Shown piece after piece: positions 8,872-18,824 of a stretch of DNA of 64,000 nt. Made by a program: the position numbers and the translations under genes. The notes below the pieces were generated by a model. It saw only the letters and a program-made list of their open reading frames with translations, was not told the origin of the DNA and made no database searches. Each line of letters opens with the position of its first letter. Position 1 is the stretch's first letter. The stretch is from assembly GCA_021162615.1 (NCBI GenBank), contig JAGGYH010000025.1:26364-90363 (forward strand), read 5' to 3'. The stretch is from Candidatus Aminicenantes bacterium. GTDB taxonomy: Bacteria; Acidobacteriota; Aminicenantia; Aminicenantales; Aminicenantaceae.

Positions 8872-11800
8872 CTATTTTTCTTCAGGAACTATGACCCCCG
8901 ATAATCCCTTCTCTTCTAAGAATAAATTAAATAAAAGCAGATCATCAGTAAGTATCTTTTTGAAAAGTTGTTTTTGCGCTTCCAGTCTTTTTTTCAGCAC
9001 AGCATGAACTTCTTTCTGCTGCTTATTCGGAGCAAAATCAACACTGCCGGCCAGATCTCCAGCTAAAACAGACAGCTTACAGTATAATTTATTGGGATAC
9101 CTGAAGGATTTTGAATCCCCCTCAGCCAATATAGGCTGGAAGAGTTCACCTTCAACCAAGCGCAATTTTTTGTCAAATTTTTCAATTTCTATGGCAATGT
9201 CCTTTTGTTTGCCTTTATTCAACATAGCCTTCAGATCATAAAGCTGCTTGCGCATCCATTCGATCTTATTTATCATTTCTGTGACAGAATCAAGGTCCTT
9301 TCGTACTTCCTTCTGCATATTCACTTGTTCTTTGATGTCCTCAATTGATCCTTCTGAATTCGGATCTTTAAGGATATTTAATTCTCGAGCAAACTCCTTT
9401 TCTCCTATAACAAGTTTAACAGAGTATTTTCCGGGAGCCGCAAGAAAACCTCTGAATCCTCCACCAGTGCCCCAGCTCAATATGGGATACCATCCCTCTT
9501 TTTCCCACAATTCAAGAAATCTTTTTTCTTCCACTACATGAGGATTTCCAGGGGGTTTTGTGCGGAGCTTTGCACTCTCGGCCGGATAGTGCCTCATATC
9601 CCACATCACTCGGTTTATCCCTGAATGATTGGTTCCGCTTATTTTATTGACTAAATCCCCTTCCCCGTCATAGATCTCTATTGTAACGCTTTGATTTTGC
9701 TTCTTCTTAAGGTAATAATCTATATAGGCACGCGGAAAGACCCGAGGGCCCCCAGCCTTACTATGGAGTCTGTAAGCTTTTCTTGGATTGAAAAAATGAA
9801 TATCGGATTCCAGCACTTCTTTATTCAACTGCTGTAAAGGAGATATATCGTCCATGATCCAGAATCCTCTCCCATATGTTGCGACCACAAGGTCATTAAA
9901 ATCTTTCTGGACGACCATATGATGGACAGGGGCATAAGGCAGATTATTCTGCAGGGACAGCCAGTTTTGACCGTTGTTAAAGGATACATAAATGGAATTT
10001 TCTGTACCCAAATAAAGCAGTCCTTTTTTCACAGGGTCCTCATTGATCCAATGAACATAACTGAAAACACTTTTTGGCAGATCCGAGCTTATTGATTTCC
10101 AAGTCTTCCCATAATCCTCTGTTACATAAACAAAAGGGTCCCGGTTGTTCATCTGGTGAAAGTCTATGGTCACATAAGCTGTTCCTGCACTGTATTTTGA
10201 AGGTTCGATATTACTTACCGTCCCCCATTCAGGTAGATCAGGTATGTTTTTTGTCACATTTATCCATGTTTTTCCGAAATCACGGGTCACATGCACGAGA
10301 CCGTCATTGCTTCCTGCCCATATGCACCCCTCTTCCACCGGAGATTCAGCAATGGCAAAAACACAGCATCCGTATTCCACAGCCAGGTTGTCTCGGGTAA
10401 GACCGCCAGACGGGCCCATTTTACTTTCATCGTTTGTGGTGAGGTCAGGGCTTATGACTTCCCAACTCTTTCCTCCGTCACTTGTCATATGCACGAACTG
10501 ACTTCCGGCGTAGACTTTGTTATGGTCATGAGGGGATATATGAATGGGAAAGGTCCAATTAAAACGGTATTTGACCGCAGCCGCATGAGCCCCATAAATG
10601 GATTCAGGCCAAACATGAACTGTGTTGATGTGGCCTGTTTTATAATTTGCTCTTTGAAGATCGGCATTATAGCTCCCCCCCCAGACTATATCGGGATCGA
10701 CTGGGTCTGGTATCACAAATCCGCATTCTCCGCCTGCTGTCGCTTCCCAGAGAGAATTATAGACTCCCCATCTGCCGAAAGAACCTGTACTAGGCCCTTT
10801 ATAGGCGCTTCCATCCTGACGCCCTCCATAAACATAATAGGGAAACTGATTGTCGACAGCAACGTGATACATCTGGCCAATGGGAAGAGTGACCCGTTTC
10901 CAGGATTTTCCTCTGTTAAGAGTGATCATCGCGCCTCCGTCATTGCTTATCATCATCCTATCTGGATTCTTAGGATCAGCCCACATATCATGACAGTCTC
11001 CTCCCCAGGGTACTGTTTCAGTGGTGTAGCCTCCGTTTAATGTTCTGCTCTGGCTGTTTGCTGCAAAATACACTTCATTCTCATCAGCAGGATTGACCAT
11101 GACCCGGGAAGCATAATGCGGTCTTTCATTTAGGAGCCTATTGTAACTTGCAATCTTCCAATGGCTGCCTCCATCATCAGATCTCCACAATACACCCCTG
11201 TTGGGATGGCCTGTTTCAATCAATGCATAGACAACATCCGAGTTGCTCTGGGCTATGGCTAACCCTACTTTCCCAATAGGAGGTTCCGGAAGCCCATTCC
11301 CTGAAAGACGATTCCAGGATCCCCCTCCATCCGTTGATTTCCAGATGCCTCCGTTTGGGCCGCCGCTTTCTCTTCCCCATGTTTTTATAACAAGAGGCCA
11401 CATACCCGCAAACAAAATTCGAGGATTATTCGGGTCCATAGCTATTTCAAAACAACCTGTGTTTTCATCCACAAAAAGGACATGTTCCCAAGTTTTTCCT
11501 CCGTCTGTTGTACGGAACACACCTCTTTCTTTCTGCGGCCCATAACAATGCCCCATAGCAGCTACGAAAACAATATCAGGGTCTCTCGCATCTATGACGA
11601 CTCTCCCTATTCTTCCGGTCTTATCAAGCCCCATATGCTTCCACGTCTTTCCCGCATCTGTAGATTTATAAACTCCGTTTCCAATAGAAATATTGCTCCG
11701 GACAAATGCTTCTCCTGTTCCTGCCCACAGCACATTCGGATCAGATGGAGCTATTGCTAACGCGCCTATTGATTGGACTTTCTGGTCATCAAAAATAGGC

Positions 11801-12066
11801 TCCCAATGCTCTCCTGCATCGGCTGACTTCCATATCCCGCCTGATGAGGCTCCAATATAATAAACAAGCGGATCCCCCGGAACTCCCACCACAGCAGAGG
11901 TGCGGTTTCCCGGAGGGCCTATATATCGGTAGCGAAGAACACGGTACACATCAGGGCTTATTGTCTGAGTATATGCCTGTGAAATCAAAACGAAAAACAG
12001 AATAACTCCTGCACAAAAAAGTAAAAATTTCCTTTTTTCCATCCCTTTTTTGATTGAATAAACCAT
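8872..12066 (-). CDS. Exported BNR/Asp-box repeat protein (sortilin/VPS10-like beta-propeller)
   Basis: AGGAGG RBS and a signal peptide. At least 8 SxDxGxTW-type repeats (STDAGKTW, TTDGGKTW, STDGGGSW, TSDGGKSW, TEDYGKTW and others). Confidence 0.8.
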   Translation of the reverse strand: MVYSIKKGMEKRKFLLFCAGVILFFVLISQAYTQTISPDVYRVLRYRYIGPPGNRTSAVVGVPGDPLVYYIGASSGGIWKSADAGEHWEPIFDDQKVQSIGALAIAPSDPNVLWAGTGEAFVRSNISIGNGVYKSTDAGKTWKHMGLDKTGRIGRVVIDARDPDIVFVAAMGHCYGPQKERGVFRTTDGGKTWEHVLFVDENTGCFEIAMDPNNPRILFAGMWPLVIKTWGRESGGPNGGIWKSTDGGGSWNRLSGNGLPEPPIGKVGLAIAQSNSDVVYALIETGHPNRGVLWRSDDGGSHWKIASYNRLLNERPHYASRVMVNPADENEVYFAANSQSRTLNGGYTTETVPWGGDCHDMWADPKNPDRMMISNDGGAMITLNRGKSWKRVTLPIGQMYHVAVDNQFPYYVYGGRQDGSAYKGPSTGSFGRWGVYNSLWEATAGGECGFVIPDPVDPDIVWGGSYNADLQRANYKTGHINTVHVWPESIYGAHAAAVKYRFNWTFPIHISPHDHNKVYAGSQFVHMTSDGGKSWEVISPDLTTNDESKMGPSGGLTRDNLAVEYGCCVFAIAESPVEEGCIWAGSNDGLVHVTRDFGKTWINVTKNIPDLPEWGTVSNIEPSKYSAGTAYVTIDFHQMNNRDPFVYVTEDYGKTWKSISSDLPKSVFSYVHWINEDPVKKGLLYLGTENSIYVSFNNGQNWLSLQNNLPYAPVHHMVVQKDFNDLVVATYGRGFWIMDDISPLQQLNKEVLESDIHFFNPRKAYRLHSKAGGPRVFPRAYIDYYLKKKQNQSVTIEIYDGEGDLVNKISGTNHSGINRVMWDMRHYPAESAKLRTKPPGNPHVVEEKRFLELWEKEGWYPILSWGTGGGFRGFLAAPGKYSVKLVIGEKEFARELNILKDPNSEGSIEDIKEQVNMQKEVRKDLDSVTEMINKIEWMRKQLYDLKAMLNKGKQKDIAIEIEKFDKKLRLVEGELFQPILAEGDSKSFRYPNKLYCKLSVLAGDLAGSVDFAPNKQQKEVHAVLKKRLEAQKQLFKKILTDDLLLFNLFLEEKGLSGVIVPEEK

Positions 12067-12083
12067 TAAACACCTCCTAAATA

Positions 12084-12953
12084 TTATTTATGTATTGCTT
12101 GTTGCGGATTATAAATATAACCCAGCAGTTTGTAAATCAACTTTGCAGCTAGAAAATCAGGAGCTTTGTTTTTAACATCAGGACACAGTTCCACAACATC
12201 AAAGGCTATGATCTTCTTGTTCTCCGCGACTTTTTTTAACAGGGCGAGCACACTGTACCATCCCAGCCCTCCCGGCTCTGGAGTTCCTGTGCTCGGCATC
12301 AGAGAAGTCTCATACACATCCACATCAATGGTGATATAAACATTTTGTTCAAGCTTGTCAACCGCATCCTGGACCCATTCATCATTATCATGAATATCCT
12401 TCGCCAGAAATATCTGATCCCAGTCGACCACTTGGCTTTCTTCCTCTGAAATGCTTCTTATCCCCACCTGAACAACAGGGCACATTTCTCTGACCCTTGC
12501 CATAACGCATGCATGGTTGTAGGGACTTCCCTTGTAGCTGTTTCTTAAATCAGTATGGGCATCCAGCTGAAGGACTGAAAAATCCTTGTGCTTCTTTTTT
12601 AAAGCTCTAACAAGCCCTGTGGTGATGGAATGCTCCCCTCCCAGCATGACTATAAATTTATCCATATGTTTTTCTGCTTCATATTCAACCTTACGGATAA
12701 CCGTTTCAGGATCATCGCCTTCTTTCACATCCATATGAGGCAAGGTATGGATTCCTAACGTATAGACACGGCTGTCGGTCTCTATATCATACAGTTCCAA
12801 ATATTCAGACGCCTCTATGATCGCATCAGGACCTTTGGAAGAACCCCTGACCCAGGAGCTTGTCCCGTCATACGGAACAGGCATTATCAAAATCTCTGAC
12901 TCTTGATAGCTGGCATGCTTTTTTTTGCTCAAACCTCCGAACTGCTTTATCAT
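12084..12953 (-). CDS. Agmatinase/ureohydrolase family protein
   Basis: Arginase-fold metal motifs GGEHS, DAHTDL, DVDV. Its start overlaps the upstream stop (ATGA). Confidence 0.85.
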   Translation of the reverse strand: MIKQFGGLSKKKHASYQESEILIMPVPYDGTSSWVRGSSKGPDAIIEASEYLELYDIETDSRVYTLGIHTLPHMDVKEGDDPETVIRKVEYEAEKHMDKFIVMLGGEHSITTGLVRALKKKHKDFSVLQLDAHTDLRNSYKGSPYNHACVMARVREMCPVVQVGIRSISEEESQVVDWDQIFLAKDIHDNDEWVQDAVDKLEQNVYITIDVDVYETSLMPSTGTPEPGGLGWYSVLALLKKVAENKKIIAFDVVELCPDVKNKAPDFLAAKLIYKLLGYIYNPQQAIHK

Positions 12954-13993
12954 TTACCGGACTCCATCCTTTCAATGACAGACCTTAAAAGCAAAGGCCA
13001 GGCGATAGTGGCATCAGCCATCACTTCAGCCCACATCCCCCCTTCCGTTTTCGGAATAAACTTTCCCCAGGATACGCCTTCTTTGTATGTACAACCGCTA
13101 AGGCCTCCCCAGTGCACGGGTTCAGGGCAGATTCTGACTCCGTATGAGAACCTTTTTTGAGGAAATTTCTCTCCTAATTTATGATTGATGATATCAATAT
13201 AAGGTGCGACCTGCTGCGCCCAATTCCGGGGCACTCCACCGCCAATAGTGAAAATACCGATTTTCCGGCTCTTCATAATCCTTTCTGCATAGTCATCCAT
13301 ATCAATAAAGGGATCAAAATCTATCAAAGGCATATTCTTCTTTTTTTGCCTTCTCCTGAACACACCGACATCAATACCAAGCTCAGAATCCGTGAACGCA
13401 GGAATATAAACTGGAATATTATTTGCTGCGGCGGATTTTAACAGGCCCCTTCCTTTTGTGGTCTTTAAAAGATATCTTCCCAATTCTTCACAGAATGTCA
13501 CACTCGAGAGAGGTTTGCTTTTGTCCCATTTATTCAACACGTCTTTTATGATGGTTTCAATGTCATCCAGGTTCTTTTCCAATTCAATCGTATCATAAAC
13601 CCTGTTGAATCCTGATTTGTAATAATCCACATCATCAACATACGGGTCGCATTTAAAGTGAGAATACCCGACAGACTCCACAAATCCGTGGGCCATGAGC
13701 GCTCCTGTAGAGACCACGGCATCCAGCATCTTTCTATCTATCATTTCGCATACCAGTAAGCCCATTTTGGCAATAGTCATGGCACCGGAAAAGGTTCCCA
13801 CAACAAAACAATCCGGATCTGATATCATTTTATAAAGGACTTCATGAGCCTCCCCTAATGCTCTTCCCCCGAATGCAGTATCTTTCATCTCTTTGACCAA
13901 TTCCAGTGCGCTGCGGCACTTGGCAATATCCAGAGGCTTAAGCGGTTCCAATCCCTTATCAAAACCATCAGAAAATTTGTTGTATTTTCTCAT
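12950..13993 (-). CDS. Deoxyhypusine synthase-like protein
   Basis: Blocks FSGAMT, NNIPVYIPAFTDSELG, TIGGGVPRNW and SWGKF match the DHS family. ATG 13993 is preceded by GGAGGAGG; the ORF could extend to 14005. Confidence 0.8.
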   Translation of the reverse strand: MRKYNKFSDGFDKGLEPLKPLDIAKCRSALELVKEMKDTAFGGRALGEAHEVLYKMISDPDCFVVGTFSGAMTIAKMGLLVCEMIDRKMLDAVVSTGALMAHGFVESVGYSHFKCDPYVDDVDYYKSGFNRVYDTIELEKNLDDIETIIKDVLNKWDKSKPLSSVTFCEELGRYLLKTTKGRGLLKSAAANNIPVYIPAFTDSELGIDVGVFRRRQKKKNMPLIDFDPFIDMDDYAERIMKSRKIGIFTIGGGVPRNWAQQVAPYIDIINHKLGEKFPQKRFSYGVRICPEPVHWGGLSGCTYKEGVSWGKFIPKTEGGMWAEVMADATIAWPLLLRSVIERMESGK

Positions 13994-14032
13994 CCCCTCC
14001 TCCATTCATTGGCCGGATGATATTTTGGACCG

Positions 14033-14587
14033 TTAAATATCTTCGCTTATAAAGACAGCTGCGGCAATCACAGTTGTCCAGTTTCCATCTTTATCTCCCT
14101 TAACGGATTTGGTTATGTTCCGGGTTTTAACAATTTTCCCACTCATTTTAAAAACCTGTTTCTTTTCATTCCAGGCCTCATCCACATTGAATTTGATCCC
14201 GAACGTACTTGCCAACATCGAAGCTGCAAGGTCTTCAGCATAATCGCCTGCTTTTTTGGCGCTTTCCCCAAAGGAATGATGCTCTGAAATATAACCATAC
14301 GTCTTTTCATCTGTGGGAAGCGCCAATCCAATTGATGCAGAAATGACCCTATCCGGTTCTCGGGCTGAGTTTCTTGCCATAATACAGTGTACGATCTGTC
14401 CCGGCTTCAATATTTTTAATCCTTCTTTCCTTGGTATCAGCCTGCATTTAGGAGGAAAGATACTGGAAACGAGGACAATATTGAATTTTTCTATGCCTGC
14501 TTCCCTTAAGGCATATTCAAATGATTGAAGCTGCTCTTTATGTACTCCGGCTCCTTTTGTAAAAAACATCTTTGTGGGAATAATCAT
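14033..14587 (-). CDS. pdaD: Pyruvoyl-dependent arginine decarboxylase
   Basis: N-terminus TKGAGVH...FNIVLVSSIFPP with the self-cleavage SS site. AAGGAGAG RBS. Confidence 0.85.
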   Translation of the reverse strand: MIIPTKMFFTKGAGVHKEQLQSFEYALREAGIEKFNIVLVSSIFPPKCRLIPRKEGLKILKPGQIVHCIMARNSAREPDRVISASIGLALPTDEKTYGYISEHHSFGESAKKAGDYAEDLAASMLASTFGIKFNVDEAWNEKKQVFKMSGKIVKTRNITKSVKGDKDGNWTTVIAAAVFISEDI

Positions 14588-14733
14588 TGCATCTCTCCTT
14601 CTTATCTATAGGGCCTATTTATAAAAGAATGATCGCTTTTTTTGATAATAATATCATTTTAACAGCTTTAATCACAACTTTATTTAGCCGAATTATACGT
14701 AAAAAGAATTTCTGATTCTGTTTACAAACGAGC

Positions 14734-16275
14734 TTAGAATCGCCAGAAAAGTGTTTTGAGCCTTTTAACGAGCTTCTTGGCTTTTGAAAGAGCACGGTTG
14801 GCTCTTGAAAGGGAATAATCTGTAAGAAAGTCTACAGCCAGCTTTTTGTCTTTTTTATACAGGCTTAAGGCTGTCTCTTCCAGGGCCGATTGAACAGCAA
14901 ACTGCTGATCCTCAAACATATTCCACTCGGACCGCACTATTTTTATGGCCTTTTTATAGTCAGTGTCCACCAGATTCTCCAGTTCATTGAACACATCAAA
15001 AGCAAAATCCGAATCAAATTCAAATCTTTCCGGAGGATAATCAAAATGTCTTTTCAAATCCAGTTCATCAGCAATATCACCTGGTTTAAAATAACAATCA
15101 GGCATTTCATCCATTCCAAGATACCACGGAGTCAAAACACTGGTACAAGGAGCTGCCAGAGAACGCCATACCACACATCCTATTTCCAAAGGCATCCCGC
15201 TTCTCAATTGATATACAGCGCCTTCCTGAGTGGTCGGGCCGCAGATGTGGGCCGCTTCTGACCTTATCTTATGAGGAGAGCCTTTTTCATAACCATCAGT
15301 GGTATCGAACTCAGTCCCTTCCAAATGGCTTCTTAATATCTCAGCCACATCTTTAACCGTCATTTTTTTCCCGGGTTTCACTGAAAATGGAAGCTCTTTC
15401 ACTGAGCCTAAAGGGATTTGTTCGCCTTTAACCATACACTGGGCATACCACTGCCTGGGGTCAACCCCATATTTGTCCATAAAGCTTCCTTTCCGGGGGG
15501 ACGGGCAGAAATGTTTTTTAAAATTGAAAGGCTCTGCTTCTGAAGGATCGTACCATCCTCTCTCAAGCGCATACTCAATCAGGCCCGGTGAGGCCATTAC
15601 ATTTTCAGTATCACGGATATCAGCTTCCGCTCCGATAATATGGATATTTGGAAGGAGCACCACTTCATCATCCGGACATCTCTGTGCTATCCAGTGCTTT
15701 CCCCTTGCTACAGCCAGAACCCATGCCTCATTGGGATCGGCAATAATCAGCGAGCGCCCCGAAGACGTATAACCGAACTTATTTAGCAGTTCTCCTGCGA
15801 TTTTCACTCCCTCTCTTGCAGACTTGGCCCGCTGAGCCACCAACCGCCTGAGCATATACCCGATGCCTCCATCTGTTATATCTCCCCTCTCAACGAGGAC
15901 CTGATAGGGATCTTCCCTTGTGGGGCAGGCATCTGAAGACACTACCACTCCCCATTCATTAAAATAAGAATCTCCGAACTGCACACCAGGATTCTGAAGC
16001 CACAGCATGGCATATGTTTCTTCAACCTGAGGCAGGGTGCCGCCGTTTTTAAGGACAACTTTGTCTCCGGGCTTGTACTTCATTCTGGGTATATAACGGT
16101 AATTGATGATCCTCCTTCCTCCGTTCTGTTCGTTATGCCCGAACAGCACAGCTCCGTCAGCAGAGGCCTTCTTCCCTACAAGAACAGTGAAGCAATTCCC
16201 TGACAGAAGGGAAGGGATGAAAAAGAGCGTGCCTAAAAATACTAAAAAGAAAACGACCGATTTTTTCAGATACAT
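14734..16275 (-). CDS. Exported C69-family dipeptidase
   Basis: Signal peptide ending LLSGNC, followed by CFTVLVGKKASADGAVLFGHNE (N-terminal Cys nucleophile block). Start chosen at MYLKK (GGAG RBS). Confidence 0.8.
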   Translation of the reverse strand: MYLKKSVVFFLVFLGTLFFIPSLLSGNCFTVLVGKKASADGAVLFGHNEQNGGRRIINYRYIPRMKYKPGDKVVLKNGGTLPQVEETYAMLWLQNPGVQFGDSYFNEWGVVVSSDACPTREDPYQVLVERGDITDGGIGYMLRRLVAQRAKSAREGVKIAGELLNKFGYTSSGRSLIIADPNEAWVLAVARGKHWIAQRCPDDEVVLLPNIHIIGAEADIRDTENVMASPGLIEYALERGWYDPSEAEPFNFKKHFCPSPRKGSFMDKYGVDPRQWYAQCMVKGEQIPLGSVKELPFSVKPGKKMTVKDVAEILRSHLEGTEFDTTDGYEKGSPHKIRSEAAHICGPTTQEGAVYQLRSGMPLEIGCVVWRSLAAPCTSVLTPWYLGMDEMPDCYFKPGDIADELDLKRHFDYPPERFEFDSDFAFDVFNELENLVDTDYKKAIKIVRSEWNMFEDQQFAVQSALEETALSLYKKDKKLAVDFLTDYSLSRANRALSKAKKLVKRLKTLFWRF

Positions 16276-16626
16276 GATTTTATCTCCATTCCTTGGATTC
16301 ATTCGAAAACTTCATCCTTTTGAATATTTTATAATATCCTTTTTTTATTTTCACTTCCTTCATATAATCCATTTATCCAGGTTCTTGAATCTTGTCTAAC
16401 AGATTTTCCTTAAATATAAAGTCATTCCCCGCCGTCTTTAAAAACACATCCATAGGAGCCACCTCAAATTCCTGTCCTAACCGGTCACGGATTGATTTAA
16501 CCCGGGTGATATCGCTCCATTCTCTCACATGAATGAGTAAAAAATAAGGACATATTCAGTATATTTTTATCAAGAAACCATACGATTTGCAATAAATCCC
16601 TGAAAAAGACTTAGGGGTATCCAGAG

Positions 16627-16712
16627 TGCCGGAGGGGGGAGTCGAACCCCCACTCTCTGTGAGGAGAACTGGATTTTGAGTCCAGCGCGTCTGCCAATTT
16701 CGCCACTCCGGC
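16627..16712 (-). tRNA. tRNA-Leu (anticodon CAA)
   Basis: Hand-folded cloverleaf: acceptor GCCGGAG/CTCCGGC, anticodon arm CTGGA-CTCAAAA-TCCAG, long variable arm, T arm GGGGG-TTCGACT-CCCCC. CCA is not encoded. Confidence 0.9.
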
Positions 16713-16843
16713 AGGTTTGACCTCTATTTAAACATTTTCTTTTTCCCTGGTCAATATCCAATATATTTTCCACAGGAGAAATGGGGAAAGATTTTTTTTG
16801 ACTGAAATAAAATTCAAAAAAAGCTTTGATTTTTTAGAAATTA

Positions 16844-16852
16844 TGCTATAAT
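16844..16852 (+). promoter_or_regulatory. Extended -10 (TGcTATAAT) about 215 nt upstream of the second C69 dipeptidase
   Basis: TGCTATAAT, with TTGATT upstream at a short 15-nt spacing. Confidence 0.4.
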
Positions 16853-17010
16853 AAGTATGATTCTTTTTGGCCGGCTGGAGAGAATCCCCACCTTTTTGGT
16901 TCCCATCATCAACCCCCTTTTGCTGACATCAGCCGGCACCTTTATATTGCTTTTTTCTTTAACATCTGCTAAAAAAAACATATCCTAGTGACCGGACAAG
17001 GTTAATCTGT

Positions 17011-17031
17011 GTGATGAAGAGTTCAGGTTAA
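17011..17031 (-). repeat. Degenerate MITE terminus fragment
   Basis: GTGATGAAGAGTTCAGGTTAA resembles the TTATGAATAG(G/T)TCAGGTTAA ends of the other copies. Confidence 0.4.
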
Positions 17032-17066
17032 TACAAGGAGGTCCAACTATAAAAAGGAGGAATAAA

Positions 17067-18824
17067 TTGGGAAAAAAGATTATCTATTTTAAAAAACTTA
17101 GCTTGATATCTTTGCTTCTTCTCCTGTGTTTTGTTTCTTTCACTCATTCAGAAAACAATGAAAATCCAAAAACAGGAATCATACCTACTGACGGATGTAC
17201 TGTCATCATCGTTGGAAAGGATGCCTCAACAGACGGCTCTGTCATGAGCACACACACCTGTGACTGCGGCCTTTGTGATTGGACATGGCGGTACACCCCG
17301 GCTGCAGATTATGATGAGGGTTCAAAACGAAAAATATACCACATCAATCAGTTCAGAACCTGGGACCCGGACATAGGCCTCAAATGGGAAAAATATAAAG
17401 ATGACTTTACAGGGCTTGAAATCCCACAGGTCAGCCATACCTATTCTTATGTCAACGGTGCCTTCGGATATATGAACGACCAGCAGGTTGCCCTGGGAGA
17501 ATCAACCATCGGATGCCAGGAAAAAATGGAAAATCCCACTCCTACAGCAAAGTTTGATATCACCATGCTGACGTTACTCGCAATGGAAAGAGCCAAAACA
17601 GCGCGGGAAGCTGTAAAAATAATGGGAGAGCTGGCGGAAAAACACGGGTACGGATACACCGATACCGGCGAGATGCTGGCTCTATCTGATCCAAACGAGG
17701 TTTGGATCTTCGAGATCATGCCTGTCGGCCCCCTCTGGACTCCGGAAAGCGGAAAACCAGGAGCCGTGTGGTGCGCTCAGAGAGTCCCTGATGATCATGT
17801 AAGTGTATGTCCCAATGAATCCCGGATCGGAGAAATCGATCTTGACAATCCTGACTATTTCATGGCCTCTCCGAATGTCATCTCCTTTGCAGTGGAACAG
17901 GGCTTTTATGACCCTGAAAGCGGAGAGCCATTCAACTGGAAAAAAGCGTATTCCCCCTCTGAATACAGCGCTGAGAGCAGCAACGGCTCAAGAGCTCGTA
18001 TGTGGCGGTTTTTTGACCTGGCAGCCCCCTCAAGAAACTTCAGCCCTGATACTCCAAATATGGAATTTCCTTTCTCTGTTAAGCCTGATAAAAAACTTTC
18101 TGTGTATGATGTGATGAAGATGACCAGAGATAAATTTGAAGGCACTCCCTATTATCCTGCCAGAGGGCTTCAGGGAGGTGCTTTCAGCAATCCCAATCAC
18201 CTTCCCTATGGATTCGAACTGGAAGGCAAGAGATACAGCCTTTCACGCGTGATCAGTGTCAACCGCGCTGAATATGTGACGGTTACCCAGTGCAGAGACT
18301 GGCTTCCCAATCCAATAGGAGGACTTGTCTGGCTTGCTTTTGGTGCTCAGGACACTTCCTGCTATATGCCGTTTTACATCGGAATCAACAGGATTCCCAG
18401 GTCCTTTGAGATCGGAGATCACTGGAAATTTGATAGGGATTCCGCAAGATGGGCGTTTGACTATGTTGATTTTCACACACAGGTTGCCTATTCTCATGCC
18501 ATCAAGGATGTCAGAGAATATCAACAGAAATGGGAGAAAACCGCTGTTGACAGGACTCCCCTGATTGATGAATACGCTGAAAAGCTTTACAACAAGGATC
18601 CTTCACTGGCATCTGACTTTTTAACTGACTACTGCAACAATAATGCAAAGTTAGTTATTGATGCCTGGTGGGAGCTGGGTGATTACCTGCTGGTGCGGTT
18701 CAATCACTTGTGGAACTATGATGTCAAAGAAAGAAAAAGAAAGGCACTGGAATATCCGGATTGGTGGCTCAAACTTCTGGTTGAATACAATAAATTAAAA
18801 CCGATTGAACAGAAAAAAGATTAA
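17067..18824 (+). CDS. Exported C69-family dipeptidase (paralogue)
   Basis: TTG start with an AAAAGGAGG RBS. Signal peptide. DGCTVIIVGKDASTDGSVMSTHTCDC nucleophile block. Confidence 0.8.
   Translation: MGKKIIYFKKLSLISLLLLLCFVSFTHSENNENPKTGIIPTDGCTVIIVGKDASTDGSVMSTHTCDCGLCDWTWRYTPAADYDEGSKRKIYHINQFRTWDPDIGLKWEKYKDDFTGLEIPQVSHTYSYVNGAFGYMNDQQVALGESTIGCQEKMENPTPTAKFDITMLTLLAMERAKTAREAVKIMGELAEKHGYGYTDTGEMLALSDPNEVWIFEIMPVGPLWTPESGKPGAVWCAQRVPDDHVSVCPNESRIGEIDLDNPDYFMASPNVISFAVEQGFYDPESGEPFNWKKAYSPSEYSAESSNGSRARMWRFFDLAAPSRNFSPDTPNMEFPFSVKPDKKLSVYDVMKMTRDKFEGTPYYPARGLQGGAFSNPNHLPYGFELEGKRYSLSRVISVNRAEYVTVTQCRDWLPNPIGGLVWLAFGAQDTSCYMPFYIGINRIPRSFEIGDHWKFDRDSARWAFDYVDFHTQVAYSHAIKDVREYQQKWEKTAVDRTPLIDEYAEKLYNKDPSLASDFLTDYCNNNAKLVIDAWWELGDYLLVRFNHLWNYDVKERKRKALEYPDWWLKLLVEYNKLKPIEQKKD

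Noticed and set aside
10291-11040. 249-aa plus-strand ORF (and other long antisense ORFs, e.g. 35315-35806, 48758-49198, 15299-15772, 53728-54093)
   Set aside because: They lie completely inside, and antisense to, strongly supported genes (BNR protein, thiolase, PP2C phosphatase, dipeptidase, secA). They have no RBS and shadow-frame composition.
16373-16528. 51-codon minus-strand reading frame (VREWSDITRVKSIRDRLGQEFEVAPMDVFLKTAGNDFIFKENLLDKIQEPG)
   Set aside because: The composition is protein-like, but there is only a GTG start with no RBS, it is shorter than the ORF-track cutoff, and it carries no recognisable motif. It could be a gene remnant, but there is not enough to call it.
16303-16712. 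Integrated element or genomic island at tRNA-Leu (and at tRNA-Gly 42276-42348)
   Set aside because: There is no integrase, no direct repeat of the tRNA 3' end, and no phage or plasmid genes nearby. The flanking genes are ordinary chromosomal paralogues.
16570-16773. 67-aa minus-strand ORF
   Set aside because: It overlaps tRNA-Leu(CAA) (16627-16712) on the same strand. It is an artefact of the tRNA sequence being free of stop codons.
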